The translations under genes were made by a program, and so were the position numbers. Below, one piece after another: positions 36,441-46,323 of a stretch of DNA of 64,000 bases. Positions within the stretch are counted from its first letter, which is position 1, and the number at the start of each line of letters is the position of its first letter. Source of the DNA: Polyangiaceae bacterium (GTDB lineage Bacteria; Myxococcota_A; Polyangia; Polyangiales; Polyangiaceae); contig JANRKO010000027.1 of NCBI GenBank assembly GCA_033763455.1, positions 1 through 64,000 of the forward strand. Reading direction: 5' to 3'. A model generated the notes under the pieces. That model was not told the origin of the DNA, did no database searches, and saw nothing but the letters and a program-made list of their open reading frames with translations.

Positions 36441-37136
36441 TTAGGATTTAAAGCGGTAACCCGCCCCGCGGACCGTCAAAAGGTGCCGAGGATTGGCGGG
36501 ATCTTGTTCCAGCTTATTTCTCAGCTGGAGCATGAAGTTATCGATCGTGCGGAGTGTTCCATGGTGGCCAGGCCCCCAAACCTTGGAAAGGATGTCTTCA
36601 CGAGAGAGCACATTGCCGTTGGCCTCAACCAAACACCAGAGCACATCAAACTCGGTTGCCGTGAGCGGAATCGGGGTTTCGGCGCGCTGCACCTGTCTGC
36701 TTCCGGGGTCGATTTGTAGCTCACCTACCGACTGAAGCTGAAGCCCCTCCCCGCGTTGTCGGTTTAGATTGTCCCGACGCAAAACGGCGCGCACACGGGC
36801 GAGCAACTCTGCCAAACCAAACGGCTTGGTGATGTAATCTTCCGCACCCAGCTCCAGCCCCATCACCTTATCGGTCTCCGCACCGCGCGCGCTCAGCATG
36901 ATAACCGGCAGCTGATGGCCGCGAGCTCTCAGAGTTCGAATGACCTCAAACCCGTTCATTTTTGGCAGCATCACGTCCAAAATCAGAAGATCGTGCTTGC
37001 CGTTTTCTGCAAGCTCAAGCCCGCGTTCCCCGTCCATGGCCACATCCACCTCGAAGCCTTCGGCCTCAAGGTTCAGTTGCAGCCCAAGCGTGATACTCTC
37101 ATCGTCCTCCACCACCAGGATCCGCGCGCCAGCCAT
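36441..37136 (-). CDS. OmpR/PhoB-family response regulator
   Basis: VVEDD, LDVMLP (phospho-Asp), DYITKPF, winged helix LTATEF...LSRE and TVRGAGY. Start set at ATG 37136. Confidence 0.95.
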   Translation of the reverse strand: MAGARILVVEDDESITLGLQLNLEAEGFEVDVAMDGERGLELAENGKHDLLILDVMLPKMNGFEVIRTLRARGHQLPVIMLSARGAETDKVMGLELGAEDYITKPFGLAELLARVRAVLRRDNLNRQRGEGLQLQSVGELQIDPGSRQVQRAETPIPLTATEFDVLWCLVEANGNVLSREDILSKVWGPGHHGTLRTIDNFMLQLRNKLEQDPANPRHLLTVRGAGYRFKS

Positions 37137-37254
37137 GTTGCTGCGCCAACGCAGCGGATTGGGAACATTCGAAGGCAACACGGGAACCTATTAGCTCAAA
37201 CGCGGACCATTTTTCCAACAGCCCGCTGATTCTTAGACGCCTCGCGGCCCGAGC

Positions 37255-38166
37255 TCAGACAGCACGAAGGGGAAAAACGAGCGAAAAAACACTGCCTTGG
37301 CCCGGTGAACTTTCCACCTCCACCCGTCCTTTGTGCGCCTTCATTACGTGTTTCACGATCGCAAGGCCGAGCCCTGAGCCCTCCCGCTCACGACTCAACC
37401 TGTCGTCTACGCGGTAGAACTTCTGGAAGATGCGCTTGTGTTCACTGTGCGGAATCCCGAGCCCGTTGTCCGAAACTGAGATACGAACGAACTTGCCCTC
37501 AAGCTTCAAGCGAAGCCCCACTCTTGGCGGACGCCCACCGTACTTGTAGGCGTTCGTGAGTAGATTGAAGAGCGCATCTTCAATCGCACCACGATCGGCA
37601 TCTACGGTGACCGATTCTTGCGGTAGCTCGACATTGAGGTCCACTTCACGGCCAGCGCGTACAGATTCAAACGCTTCCAGCGCCGCCACCATCACGGCGC
37701 GCAAGTCCGTGTCGCGCATCACGTATTCGCGGCGGCCGCTTTCCATCCGGCCCCAATCCAACAATCGATCAATGAGTGCGGTGAGCCGTGCGCTCTCGCG
37801 CCCCAGGCCCTGAATGCATTTGTCTTCCGCTGCTGTGTCGCCGCGCCTCAGCTCTAAGGTCTCTGTGAACAGACGGATGGAGGTGAGGGGCGTTTTGAGC
37901 TCATGCGACACCTTGGACACGAAGTCGCTTTGAAGCCGTGAAAGGTTGGCCTCCCGCCGCACGAAAACCCACACCAAAATGACGCCTGTTGTGGCAGCTC
38001 CACTGAGTGCGACCACCAGAATTCCCATCAAGAGGTTGGCCTGAACCTCGCCTAGAAGCAAAAGCCCAACGCCCACAGCCAGCATCAGGAAGGTGGGCAC
38101 GATCACCAGGCTCACCAAAAAGATGACGATGCGGCGGTAGCCATGCGCTGTTAGGTCCCGTGCCAT
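37255..38166 (-). CDS. Small PhoR-like sensor histidine kinase (two TM helices, no extracytoplasmic domain)
   Basis: H-box SHELKTPL, N-box NLLTNAYKY, G1 DNGLGI, F-box IFQKF and G2 GSGLGL. Confidence 0.93.
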   Translation of the reverse strand: MARDLTAHGYRRIVIFLVSLVIVPTFLMLAVGVGLLLLGEVQANLLMGILVVALSGAATTGVILVWVFVRREANLSRLQSDFVSKVSHELKTPLTSIRLFTETLELRRGDTAAEDKCIQGLGRESARLTALIDRLLDWGRMESGRREYVMRDTDLRAVMVAALEAFESVRAGREVDLNVELPQESVTVDADRGAIEDALFNLLTNAYKYGGRPPRVGLRLKLEGKFVRISVSDNGLGIPHSEHKRIFQKFYRVDDRLSREREGSGLGLAIVKHVMKAHKGRVEVESSPGQGSVFSLVFPLRAV

Positions 38167-38261
38167 CGCCGCACATTATGAACGGAGGAACCTGCCGCGC
38201 TAGAGGCACGAGCGAAGAATGGCGCTATACTCGGGTTGTCGTGACAGCTCCCACCGTACCC

Positions 38262-38744
38262 ATGCGCCGCTTAGTTCCCCAAAAGCACCTGTTGGCACTC
38301 ACATTCGCCACTATGAGTTCAGCCCTGTTTGTGTCGGGCGCGTGGGGAACAGGCCCTGCCAAAAAGCCCCGGGGGGACTCGGAAATTTCGGTTTCCGTTT
38401 CGCCGCGCAATCGAAAAGGTGCTCTGGCCTGTGCGCTCTACGCGTCTCCCAAAGGGTTCCCCGGGGCTATCGGCTCCGCACGCGCCACTGAACGCAAAGC
38501 AATTCCGGCTGGCGAAGTTCGCTGTACCTTTGCGGGCCTGCCCAAGGGCACCTACGCCGTGGCCGTGGTGCATGACGAAAATGGCAACGGTAAGCTCGAC
38601 ACAAATTTTCTGGGCATGCCCACCGAAGGTTGGGGCACCACCAACAACGTTAAGCCACTAATGTCGGCCCCTACGTTTGAAGATAGCAAGGTAAAACTGC
38701 CGGAACACAAGCGCCTGGCCCTGCGCGTGCGCCTGAATTACTAA
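38262..38744 (+). CDS. DUF2141 family exported protein
   Basis: Signal-like N-terminus and GTYAVAVVHDENGNGKLDTNFLGMPTEGWG..NN signature. Start uncertain. Confidence 0.85.
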   Translation: MRRLVPQKHLLALTFATMSSALFVSGAWGTGPAKKPRGDSEISVSVSPRNRKGALACALYASPKGFPGAIGSARATERKAIPAGEVRCTFAGLPKGTYAVAVVHDENGNGKLDTNFLGMPTEGWGTTNNVKPLMSAPTFEDSKVKLPEHKRLALRVRLNY

Positions 38745-38927
38745 CCACACGCCGAGCGGTTTGTTTCCTCTCCGTCACACGGTAGCGCGAGCAGCAGCTG
38801 AGCGTGAGAAGAGCGACCTTGTGGCTGGAGGATCGGGCATGTTTTCCGGCGTCCAGCTCGCTTGACACAGCCGCCGTCGAGCCCGATGACAGGCACCCGC
38901 GGTCGCTCGAGTTTCGATAAGGTTTTC

Positions 38928-40058
38928 ATGCGCTATTTTCTACCCATCCTCGCCGTCTTAGCCGTTGTAGGGGGCCTCGTTTCCATCAAGGCGAGCCAAA
39001 TCGGCATGTTGATCAACTTCGGTGAACAGGCGGCAAAGTCCGGGCCACCTCCCGAGGTCGTCGGAACCTCCGTTGCCCAACGCCAAGATTGGGCAACAAG
39101 CATTGAGGCCGTTGGGAGCGTCGAGGCTGGCCGCGGCGTCACGATCAGCAACGAAAGCCCCGGGGTGGTCACTGCCATCCGTTTTGAATCCGGGGCTCAG
39201 GTCAAAACGGGGGACATTCTGGTGGAGCTGGATTCAAGCGTCGAACGCGCTCAGCTAGCCTCGGCCACAGCTCAACGCCAGCTTTCAGACAGCACTCTGA
39301 ATCGCACCCGCGCGCTCGTTTCCGCCAGCGCGGTCGCAAGTTCTCAGCTCGATTCCGCGGAGTCTTCCGTCAAAACCTCAGCGGCCGAGGTGGCCGCCCT
39401 TCAAGCCCAAATCGCCAAAAAAGTAGTGCGCGCGCCTTTTAGCGGAAAGCTCGGCATTCGAACCGTGAACCTCGGTCAATATTTAAGCCCGGGCACACCG
39501 CTCACCACGCTGCAATCCACCAACGACGAATACGTCGATTTTACCGTACCTCAGCAGCGGCTGCCTGAGCTTAGCCTCGGCTTGCCCGTGGTGTTCACTG
39601 TGACTGGCGAAAACAGCCTCACACTTGACGGTACGGTGGCAGCCATCGACCCATCGATTGATCCGAATACCCGCTCTGTGAAAGTGCGAGCCACAGCTCT
39701 GGACAAGGCCGAGCAACTACGCCCAGGCATGTTTGTGAACGTGAAGGTGCTGCTAGCGAAGGCTCGAAACCTCGTGACGGTCCCGGTCACGGCGATGGTA
39801 TACGCACCGTACGGCAACTCCCTGTTCGTAGTTGAAGACAAGACCACACCCGACGGAAAGCCTGGAAAGGCGGCACGCCAACAGTTTGTACGATCGAGTG
39901 AAGTTCGAGGGGATTTTGTGGCCATCGAAGAGGGCCTCAAGGGCGGAGAAACGGTCGTCACAGCTGGCGCTTTTAAGCTCCGAAATGGCTCCTTTGTGGT
40001 CATCAACAATTCGGTGGGGCAAAAGCCTGAGCTTCAGCCTTCACCTGTGAACCACTGA
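38928..40058 (+). CDS. RND efflux periplasmic adaptor (MexH/MexV-like)
   Basis: N-terminal TM, lipoyl half-motifs (GVVTAIRFESGAQVKTGD, APFSGKLG), LRPGMF and GLKGGETVVTAG. Start set at ATG 38928. Confidence 0.92.
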   Translation: MRYFLPILAVLAVVGGLVSIKASQIGMLINFGEQAAKSGPPPEVVGTSVAQRQDWATSIEAVGSVEAGRGVTISNESPGVVTAIRFESGAQVKTGDILVELDSSVERAQLASATAQRQLSDSTLNRTRALVSASAVASSQLDSAESSVKTSAAEVAALQAQIAKKVVRAPFSGKLGIRTVNLGQYLSPGTPLTTLQSTNDEYVDFTVPQQRLPELSLGLPVVFTVTGENSLTLDGTVAAIDPSIDPNTRSVKVRATALDKAEQLRPGMFVNVKVLLAKARNLVTVPVTAMVYAPYGNSLFVVEDKTTPDGKPGKAARQQFVRSSEVRGDFVAIEEGLKGGETVVTAGAFKLRNGSFVVINNSVGQKPELQPSPVNH

Positions 40059-40069
40059 CGGAAGCGGCC

Positions 40070-43000
40070 ATGAAGTTTACTGACATCTTCGTTCGTCGAC
40101 CGGTCTTGGCTATCGTTGTCAACCTTCTCATCTTAATCGGTGGGCTTCAGGCCATTCGTTCGCTCAACGTGCGGCAGTATCCAAAGCTTGAGAGCGCCAC
40201 CGTAACCGTGCGCACTGCCTACGTGGGAGCCAATGCCGATCTCGTTCGTGGGTTCATCTCAACGCCATTGGAACGGGCCATCGCCGCCTCCGACGGCATC
40301 GACTACATCGAATCTCAAAGCGTGCAGGGGCTATCCACGATCAACGTGCGCCTCAAGCTCAACTTCAACCCCGCCTCGGCCCTTGCAGACATCAGCGCGC
40401 GCGTGAACCAAGTGCGGGCGGATCTACCACCGGAAGCCGAAGTTCCCGCCATCAACATCGAGCCCTCTGATTCCCGTTTGGCTGCGATGTACCTAAGCTT
40501 TGGCTCGAAAATTTTGGAGGAAAATCAGGTTACGGACTACCTGATTCGCGTTGTGCAGCCGCGCCTGACGGCGATCGAAGGCGTGCAAAAAGCGGACATT
40601 CTCGGGGGGCGAGCCTTTGCCATTCGCGCCTGGTTGAAGCCGGAACGCATGGCGTCGCTAAACGTAAGCCCGAGCCAGGTGCGTCAAGCTTTGGCGGCGA
40701 ACAACTATCTCTCGGCAGTTGGACAAACGAAGGGCGCCCTCACCGCGCTCAATCTTACCGCCAGCACGGATCTTACGTCGCTGGACGACTTTAAGAAGCT
40801 CGTGATCCGCGAACAAGGCGGCTCATTGGTGCGCCTCGAAGACGTGGCAGAGGTGGTTCTCGGCGCCGACAACTACGACCAGGAAGTGCGCTTTTCTGGA
40901 AAGAAGGCCGTGTTCATGGGGGTTTGGGTGCTCCCCACGGCCAACTCGCTCGACGTCATAAAGGACGTGCGCAAAGAAGTTGAGAGCATTCAGAAAGAGC
41001 TACCAAGCGGGATGGAAGCGTCCATCGCGTACGATTCAACCAAGTACATCAATAGCGCCATCGACGACGTAACGCGCACGCTACTCGAAACGGTGCTGAT
41101 CGTTATTGTCGTTATCTTTCTGTTCCTCGGCTCCATGCGCACGGTATTGGTGCCACTCGTGGCGATTCCGGTGTCACTCATTGGTGCCGTCTTGCTAATG
41201 CAGATGTTCGGCTTCACCGTAAATCTGCTCACGCTCTTGGCCATTGTGCTGGCTGTAGGCCTTGTCGTGGACGATGCGATCGTGGTCGTGGAAAACGTCG
41301 AGCGCCACATGCGTGACGGGAAATCCGCGTTGGAAGCATCGCTTGAGGGCGCACGCGAATTAGTGGGCCCCATCATCGCGATGACGGTTACCTTGGCCGC
41401 CGTCTACACGCCCATAGGCTTCCAGGGTGGACTCACGGGGGCACTGTTCCGCGAGTTTGCCTTCACTTTGGCGGGCGCCGTGCTGATTTCCGGCATCGTG
41501 GCGCTAACCCTTTCGCCCATGATGTCCTCAAAGCTTCTGCGTCCTCACGGGCAGGCAGGATGGCTTTCGCGGGCGATTGACGCTGGGTTTGAGCGTATCA
41601 GATCGCTGTATGGGCGCTGGCTACACGCAACGCTGAAGACCCGGCGTTTAGTGTACGCAGGATGGATCCTGCTTTCGCTTTTGGTGGTGCCCCTCTATCT
41701 GTTCTCGCCACAGGAGCTGGCGCCGAATGAAGATCAAGGGGTTGTTTTTGGCGCTATCGATGTTCCGCCCAACGCGAGCTTAGAACAGCTCCTGCCCTAC
41801 ACCGAGCAGGTGCAGTCCGTATTCGCCTCCACTCCAGAATTCGACTACAGTTTTCAGATCACGTTTCCTTCTGGTGGTTTCGGCGGAATGATCGTGAAGC
41901 CTTGGGGGGAACGCGAACGCAGCATTTTCGAGATTCAGAACGAAGTATTCGGCAAGCTCACCCAAGTGGCCGGGTTGCGCGCACCTGCCTTTTTGCCCGC
42001 CCCTTTGCCAAGCCCGGGTCAATTTCCGATTGAATTTGTGATCGCTTCCACGGCTAGCCACGAAGAAATCGTAAAATTTGCTGAGCAGTTAGCGGGCGAA
42101 GCAATGAAGAGCGGTCTGTTCGCATTCCCCCCCATCTTGGATGTTCGTATCGATCAAGCCAAGTCTGAGGTGGTGCTCGATAGGGACAAGCTCGCATCGA
42201 TGGGGCTTTCGATGCAGCAAGTGGGCGGGGATCTTTCAGCGATGCTCAGCGGGAATTTCGTCAACCGGTTCAACATTGAGGGGCGAAGCTACAAGGTTAT
42301 TCCGCAGATCGAGCGCGCTTCCAGGCTGAGCGTGGAACAGCTCAAGAACATCCATATCCAGGGGCGCGGTGGTAAGCTCATCCCGCTCGGTTCGGTGGCA
42401 ACCTTCAAGCCCGGCGTCGAACCGCGCAGCCTGAATCGTTTTCAGCAGCTCAACTCCGTGAAGATCTCCGGGCTCGCCCCGCGCTCTTTGAACGACGGCT
42501 TGAAATTCCTGGAAGATAAGGCAGCCAGCGTTTTGCCGCCGGGCTACCACGTGGACTACACGGGCGAGTCACGGCAGTTGCGCCAAGAAGGCGGCAAATT
42601 TTTGCCCGCAATGGGGCTGGCCATTCTTTTGATCTTTCTGGTGCTGGCTGCGCAGTTCAACTCGTTTCGCGATCCTTTGGTGGTGCTTTTGGGCTCAGTA
42701 CCGCTGGCGATGTTCGGCGCACTCATCTTCACATTCCTGAAGTTTTCTGGTCCCCCGGGGATGGATTTCAAGCTGACTTCTGGCTGGACCACCACACTCA
42801 ATATCTACTCGCAGGTTGGCCTGGTAACGCTCGTGGGTTTGGTGTCGAAGAACGCAATCCTCATCGTGGAGTTCGCTAACGCGCAGCAGGCTCTCGGTAT
42901 GGGCAAGGTCGAAGCCGTACACCTCGCCGCTTTGACGCGCTTGCGCCCCATCTTGATGACCACCGTCGCCACGGTATGCGGGCACTTCCCACTCACGCTG

Positions 43001-43195
43001 GTAACGGGCGCGGGAGCCGTTGCGCGTAACTCGATAGGTATCGTGTTGGTCGGTGGAATGACCATCGGCACCCTATTCACGCTGTTCGTCGTACCCAGCA
43101 TCTATGTGGCTATAGCCAAAGATCACCGCAAAGAAGCCTCCTCCCCAAACGAAGGCGCACCTGTCGCCGAAAACGAGCTCGTTACCGCAGCTTAG
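40070..43195 (+). CDS. RND efflux permease (HAE-1, MexI/MexW-like)
   Basis: F.DIFVRRPV, GLVVDDAIVVVEN (proton-relay Asp pair), KNAILIVEFA and RLRPILMT; 1041 aa. Confidence 0.95.
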   Translation: MKFTDIFVRRPVLAIVVNLLILIGGLQAIRSLNVRQYPKLESATVTVRTAYVGANADLVRGFISTPLERAIAASDGIDYIESQSVQGLSTINVRLKLNFNPASALADISARVNQVRADLPPEAEVPAINIEPSDSRLAAMYLSFGSKILEENQVTDYLIRVVQPRLTAIEGVQKADILGGRAFAIRAWLKPERMASLNVSPSQVRQALAANNYLSAVGQTKGALTALNLTASTDLTSLDDFKKLVIREQGGSLVRLEDVAEVVLGADNYDQEVRFSGKKAVFMGVWVLPTANSLDVIKDVRKEVESIQKELPSGMEASIAYDSTKYINSAIDDVTRTLLETVLIVIVVIFLFLGSMRTVLVPLVAIPVSLIGAVLLMQMFGFTVNLLTLLAIVLAVGLVVDDAIVVVENVERHMRDGKSALEASLEGARELVGPIIAMTVTLAAVYTPIGFQGGLTGALFREFAFTLAGAVLISGIVALTLSPMMSSKLLRPHGQAGWLSRAIDAGFERIRSLYGRWLHATLKTRRLVYAGWILLSLLVVPLYLFSPQELAPNEDQGVVFGAIDVPPNASLEQLLPYTEQVQSVFASTPEFDYSFQITFPSGGFGGMIVKPWGERERSIFEIQNEVFGKLTQVAGLRAPAFLPAPLPSPGQFPIEFVIASTASHEEIVKFAEQLAGEAMKSGLFAFPPILDVRIDQAKSEVVLDRDKLASMGLSMQQVGGDLSAMLSGNFVNRFNIEGRSYKVIPQIERASRLSVEQLKNIHIQGRGGKLIPLGSVATFKPGVEPRSLNRFQQLNSVKISGLAPRSLNDGLKFLEDKAASVLPPGYHVDYTGESRQLRQEGGKFLPAMGLAILLIFLVLAAQFNSFRDPLVVLLGSVPLAMFGALIFTFLKFSGPPGMDFKLTSGWTTTLNIYSQVGLVTLVGLVSKNAILIVEFANAQQALGMGKVEAVHLAALTRLRPILMTTVATVCGHFPLTLVTGAGAVARNSIGIVLVGGMTIGTLFTLFVVPSIYVAIAKDHRKEASSPNEGAPVAENELVTAA

Positions 43196-43244
43196 CTCGC
43201 GCTCGTTCCTCAGAGATTTCGCACCCGAGGACCGCCGCTTCGCG

Positions 43245-43312
43245 ACTCGGGACCGCGCTCCAGCGAAACCTGCGACCGCGCCTTAGGAAACTCGGAACCA
43301 CGCTCCAGCGAA
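43245..43312. repeat. Short degenerate 22-23 bp tandem repeat (3 units) between convergent genes
   Basis: actcgggaccgcgctccagcgaa / acctgcgaccgcgccttaggaa / actcggaaccacgctccagcgaa; units 1 and 3 differ at 2 of 23 positions. Confidence 0.55.
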
Positions 43313-43366
43313 TCTCGTCTCCGCGGATGGGAACTCGCGCCAAACGCTGTCTGACAAGACAGCGCG

Positions 43367-45394
43367 TCAACCCTTTCGCGCGGCCACCGTCGGCGAGAAA
43401 CTGCGGGTGCTCGCTGGGCCTTCCGGCTGCGACAGTTCGATCACCAGGCAACGCAAAATTTCGGCCACGGCAACGGCGTAAGCGGGGCAACCGCGGAGGC
43501 GCAAAGGCTCTTCGCCTTCGGCAAACTGGGCGACTTGGCCCTCGACGGCTTGCTCCTTGGCGGCATTAACCAAAAGCGTGCGCAACTCGTCACGCACGCC
43601 GCGATCTTCCCCCTTGAGCTGGATCGTAGCGCGCACGAAGAACCCGAGCAGGTGTGGCCAAACGCCGCCCTGGTGGTAAGCGGCTTCAGTTTCGACTTCG
43701 GAAAGCCCGAAGCGACCGACGAAGCGGGGGTCACTCGGAGCGAGCGTACGGAGCCCTCGCGGTGTTAACAATTCCTGGTTCGCGCGCGCCAGAATTAAAT
43801 CACGCTGCCAGCTCAAAAAGAGCCGGGGGTCAACGGCCAAGGCGATAACGGCATTCGGGCGAATGCTGCGATCAGCCCACGCCTCAGCCGCATCTCCCAC
43901 CTCGCTCACGCAGTCAAACGGGTAGTCCGTTTCGCCACACCAAAACCGGGCCCCGAATCGCGCTCGAGTTCTCTCCTTCGCGGTGGTCGCGCGTTCGGCA
44001 AACTCATAGTGCCCCACTTGGTTCGCTAAAAGGGCTAGGGTTTCGCAGCCACGAGCCCACAACGCTTGCCACTCAACCACCAGGCCTTGACGCTGAGAAA
44101 CCCAGCGATCCCCGAGGTGGGAATCCATCCACGTGAGAGCCCGAGCCGGCTCTGAATTGGCAACCAAGCCATCCTCGGTGAGCCAAATCGTGCGGCGCTC
44201 CTTGCCGGATATTCGTTCAAAAGCCCGCGCCAGCGCTGGATACAGCTCCTCCAGAACAAACGGATCCGAAAGGCCCACTTGCTCAACGAACACGCGGGCA
44301 AGATCGAACAACCAGAGCGTTGCATCTGGTGCGGACGCGTAAGAGGAAGAGCCTAACAACTGCTCGGAGAGGAGGCCCTCCTTCTGCGTGGAAAGAACCG
44401 TGCGCACAACGTCAATAGCCGCTTGCACTCGCCCGCACGCCAAATACAACCCTGGGATGGCAAGCACCATATCACGCACGTAGGCGCCCAAATGAGGGTA
44501 CCCAGCGACCACCAACGGAGGCTCACGGCGATCCAAACAGAAGGCACTCGCGGAGATCGAAAGGCGCCTGACTTCCGGCGTATAAAGGGGGCCAACATCC
44601 GAATCGAGGGCGGCTGCGCGCGCATCAGCGATAATCCGCTCGGGGGTAAATTTTGGCACGTCCCCGAACGCTGCTACCAAATACGAGGTAACTCCGGGTG
44701 TGAGCGGCAACTCGAACACGCCGGGAGTCCACATGTCTTCCTCGAAGGGGAGCCCGGCGCGTTGATCTTCTTCGTATTCGAACCGCCGCCACCAATCTGG
44801 AGACCCCATAAAAATCCCCGAATGCGAGAACACAATGGGCGGCAAATCCGGCACCGGCTGCACTTCCACTTCGCCCAGCCGCACCACCACTCGCTGCATC
44901 ATCGCTCCGTGCTCACGCGTGATGGCGCTCGCCTTGCGTAGCGGAAGCAACGGCCGCACCATGAGTTTGGCCTCGGTTGGGCCACGCCACGTGTAGCCGA
45001 GCACGAGAATATTGTGGCCTGGGGCTAGTGCCAACGTCCGTTCGAACTCGTGTTTGTCTACCTTGTAAGTCCAGCGAGGCAACGGATCTTGAGAGAACCG
45101 CCGCAGCGAGCGGTAGCCAGGAGTCGGCGCGATGCCGGGAAACTGGTGCGTGGAAAGCCGAAAATGGCGATCGCCCACCTCGAGCAGCGCCTCGGCGTGA
45201 CTCACGACAACGTAGCGCTCCGCAGAACCCCCGTGGCTTGCCACCAAAATGCCATGTTGGCGGCGTGTGTGCATGAGCGCCAAAGTGCTCATGGCATAAG
45301 CACCCGCGCCATTAGTGTGCAACCACTCGGTGCGAGCGCGGTCCAAATCGCCCTGCGTATCGACTACCGGCCAAATGCCGGCAGCGGACGACAT
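43367..45394 (-). CDS. Amylo-alpha-1,6-glucosidase (glycogen debranching, GH133)-like protein with altered active-site motifs
   Basis: EWLHTNGAGAYA, TRRQHG, LTWMD, IRPNAVIA, LLTPRGLRTL and AYHQGGVWP. Start set at ATG 45394. Confidence 0.85.
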   Translation of the reverse strand: MSSAAGIWPVVDTQGDLDRARTEWLHTNGAGAYAMSTLALMHTRRQHGILVASHGGSAERYVVVSHAEALLEVGDRHFRLSTHQFPGIAPTPGYRSLRRFSQDPLPRWTYKVDKHEFERTLALAPGHNILVLGYTWRGPTEAKLMVRPLLPLRKASAITREHGAMMQRVVVRLGEVEVQPVPDLPPIVFSHSGIFMGSPDWWRRFEYEEDQRAGLPFEEDMWTPGVFELPLTPGVTSYLVAAFGDVPKFTPERIIADARAAALDSDVGPLYTPEVRRLSISASAFCLDRREPPLVVAGYPHLGAYVRDMVLAIPGLYLACGRVQAAIDVVRTVLSTQKEGLLSEQLLGSSSYASAPDATLWLFDLARVFVEQVGLSDPFVLEELYPALARAFERISGKERRTIWLTEDGLVANSEPARALTWMDSHLGDRWVSQRQGLVVEWQALWARGCETLALLANQVGHYEFAERATTAKERTRARFGARFWCGETDYPFDCVSEVGDAAEAWADRSIRPNAVIALAVDPRLFLSWQRDLILARANQELLTPRGLRTLAPSDPRFVGRFGLSEVETEAAYHQGGVWPHLLGFFVRATIQLKGEDRGVRDELRTLLVNAAKEQAVEGQVAQFAEGEEPLRLRGCPAYAVAVAEILRCLVIELSQPEGPASTRSFSPTVAARKG

Positions 45395-45420
45395 GTCAGG
45401 AGAGAGCCTGTGAGGGCACA

Positions 45421-46323
45421 TTAGCGAACTCCTGAGGGGAAAAGCACCCGCTCGGCAGCTTCGCGGAGCACTTGTGGGCTAGCCTTACGCCCTGTCCACA
45501 ATTCGATGGACAGTACGGCCTGACCAACCAACATGCCGAGGCCACCCACCGCGTGGACCCCGTTTTTACCTGCTTCTCTCAAGAAGGGAGTCACTGGAGG
45601 ATTGTACACAAGGTCGTAGGCCAAGGCGCCAGCATCCAGTTCATTCCAAGGAATTAGCCCGGCCAGGGTTTCACCCGGCTCGGCGCCCCGCATGCCCGCA
45701 CTCGTAGCCTGAACCACGAGCCCCACGCCCTTCAAGGCATGTTGCCAGGACTTCTCCAAAACATCAGCGGGAAGGCCGAGCGGCGTCCCTCCGAGTTCCT
45801 GAAACTTCGCCTGAAGAAGGCTGTTGGCGTTCCCTCCGGAAAATGCACGCGCTGCCACATAAATGGTCGAAACCCCCATGCGACGGCAAGCTGCCACGGC
45901 CGCGAGTGCTGCACCACCACTACCAAGCACGCAGGCCTTTTGAGGCAGATTTCGACTCCCAGAAGCGGTGAGTGGCTGGTATTGTTCCAGCTCCTCGGCC
46001 AGGGCGGCGACGTCGGTGTTGTGAGCCTCCACGCTTCCGTCCGGCATGCGACGAAGCACGTTGGCGGCGCCCACAGACACGGCAAGTGGATCAGCACGAT
46101 CGGCCAAACTCAAAGCAAGTAACTTGTGAGGCACGGTTACGTTGGCGCCGTGGATTTCTCCGCTTCGCAAGCGATCAACCTGGGCACGCACGCTCGCTTC
46201 GTTCGGGCAATCTACCGGGAGATAAGAAGCATCCAGCTTCAGCTCAGCGTATGCGGCCGTGTGCATGGCCGGGGAAACGGAGTGCCCCACTGGATGGCCG
46301 ATCAAGATAAACCGCAGGCTCAC
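45421..46323 (-). CDS. aroE: Shikimate dehydrogenase
   Basis: GHPVGHSVSPAMH, GANVTVPHK, GAANV, HNTD, LGSGGAA, DLVYNP and GLGMLVGQA. Confidence 0.94.
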   Translation of the reverse strand: MSLRFILIGHPVGHSVSPAMHTAAYAELKLDASYLPVDCPNEASVRAQVDRLRSGEIHGANVTVPHKLLALSLADRADPLAVSVGAANVLRRMPDGSVEAHNTDVAALAEELEQYQPLTASGSRNLPQKACVLGSGGAALAAVAACRRMGVSTIYVAARAFSGGNANSLLQAKFQELGGTPLGLPADVLEKSWQHALKGVGLVVQATSAGMRGAEPGETLAGLIPWNELDAGALAYDLVYNPPVTPFLREAGKNGVHAVGGLGMLVGQAVLSIELWTGRKASPQVLREAAERVLFPSGVR

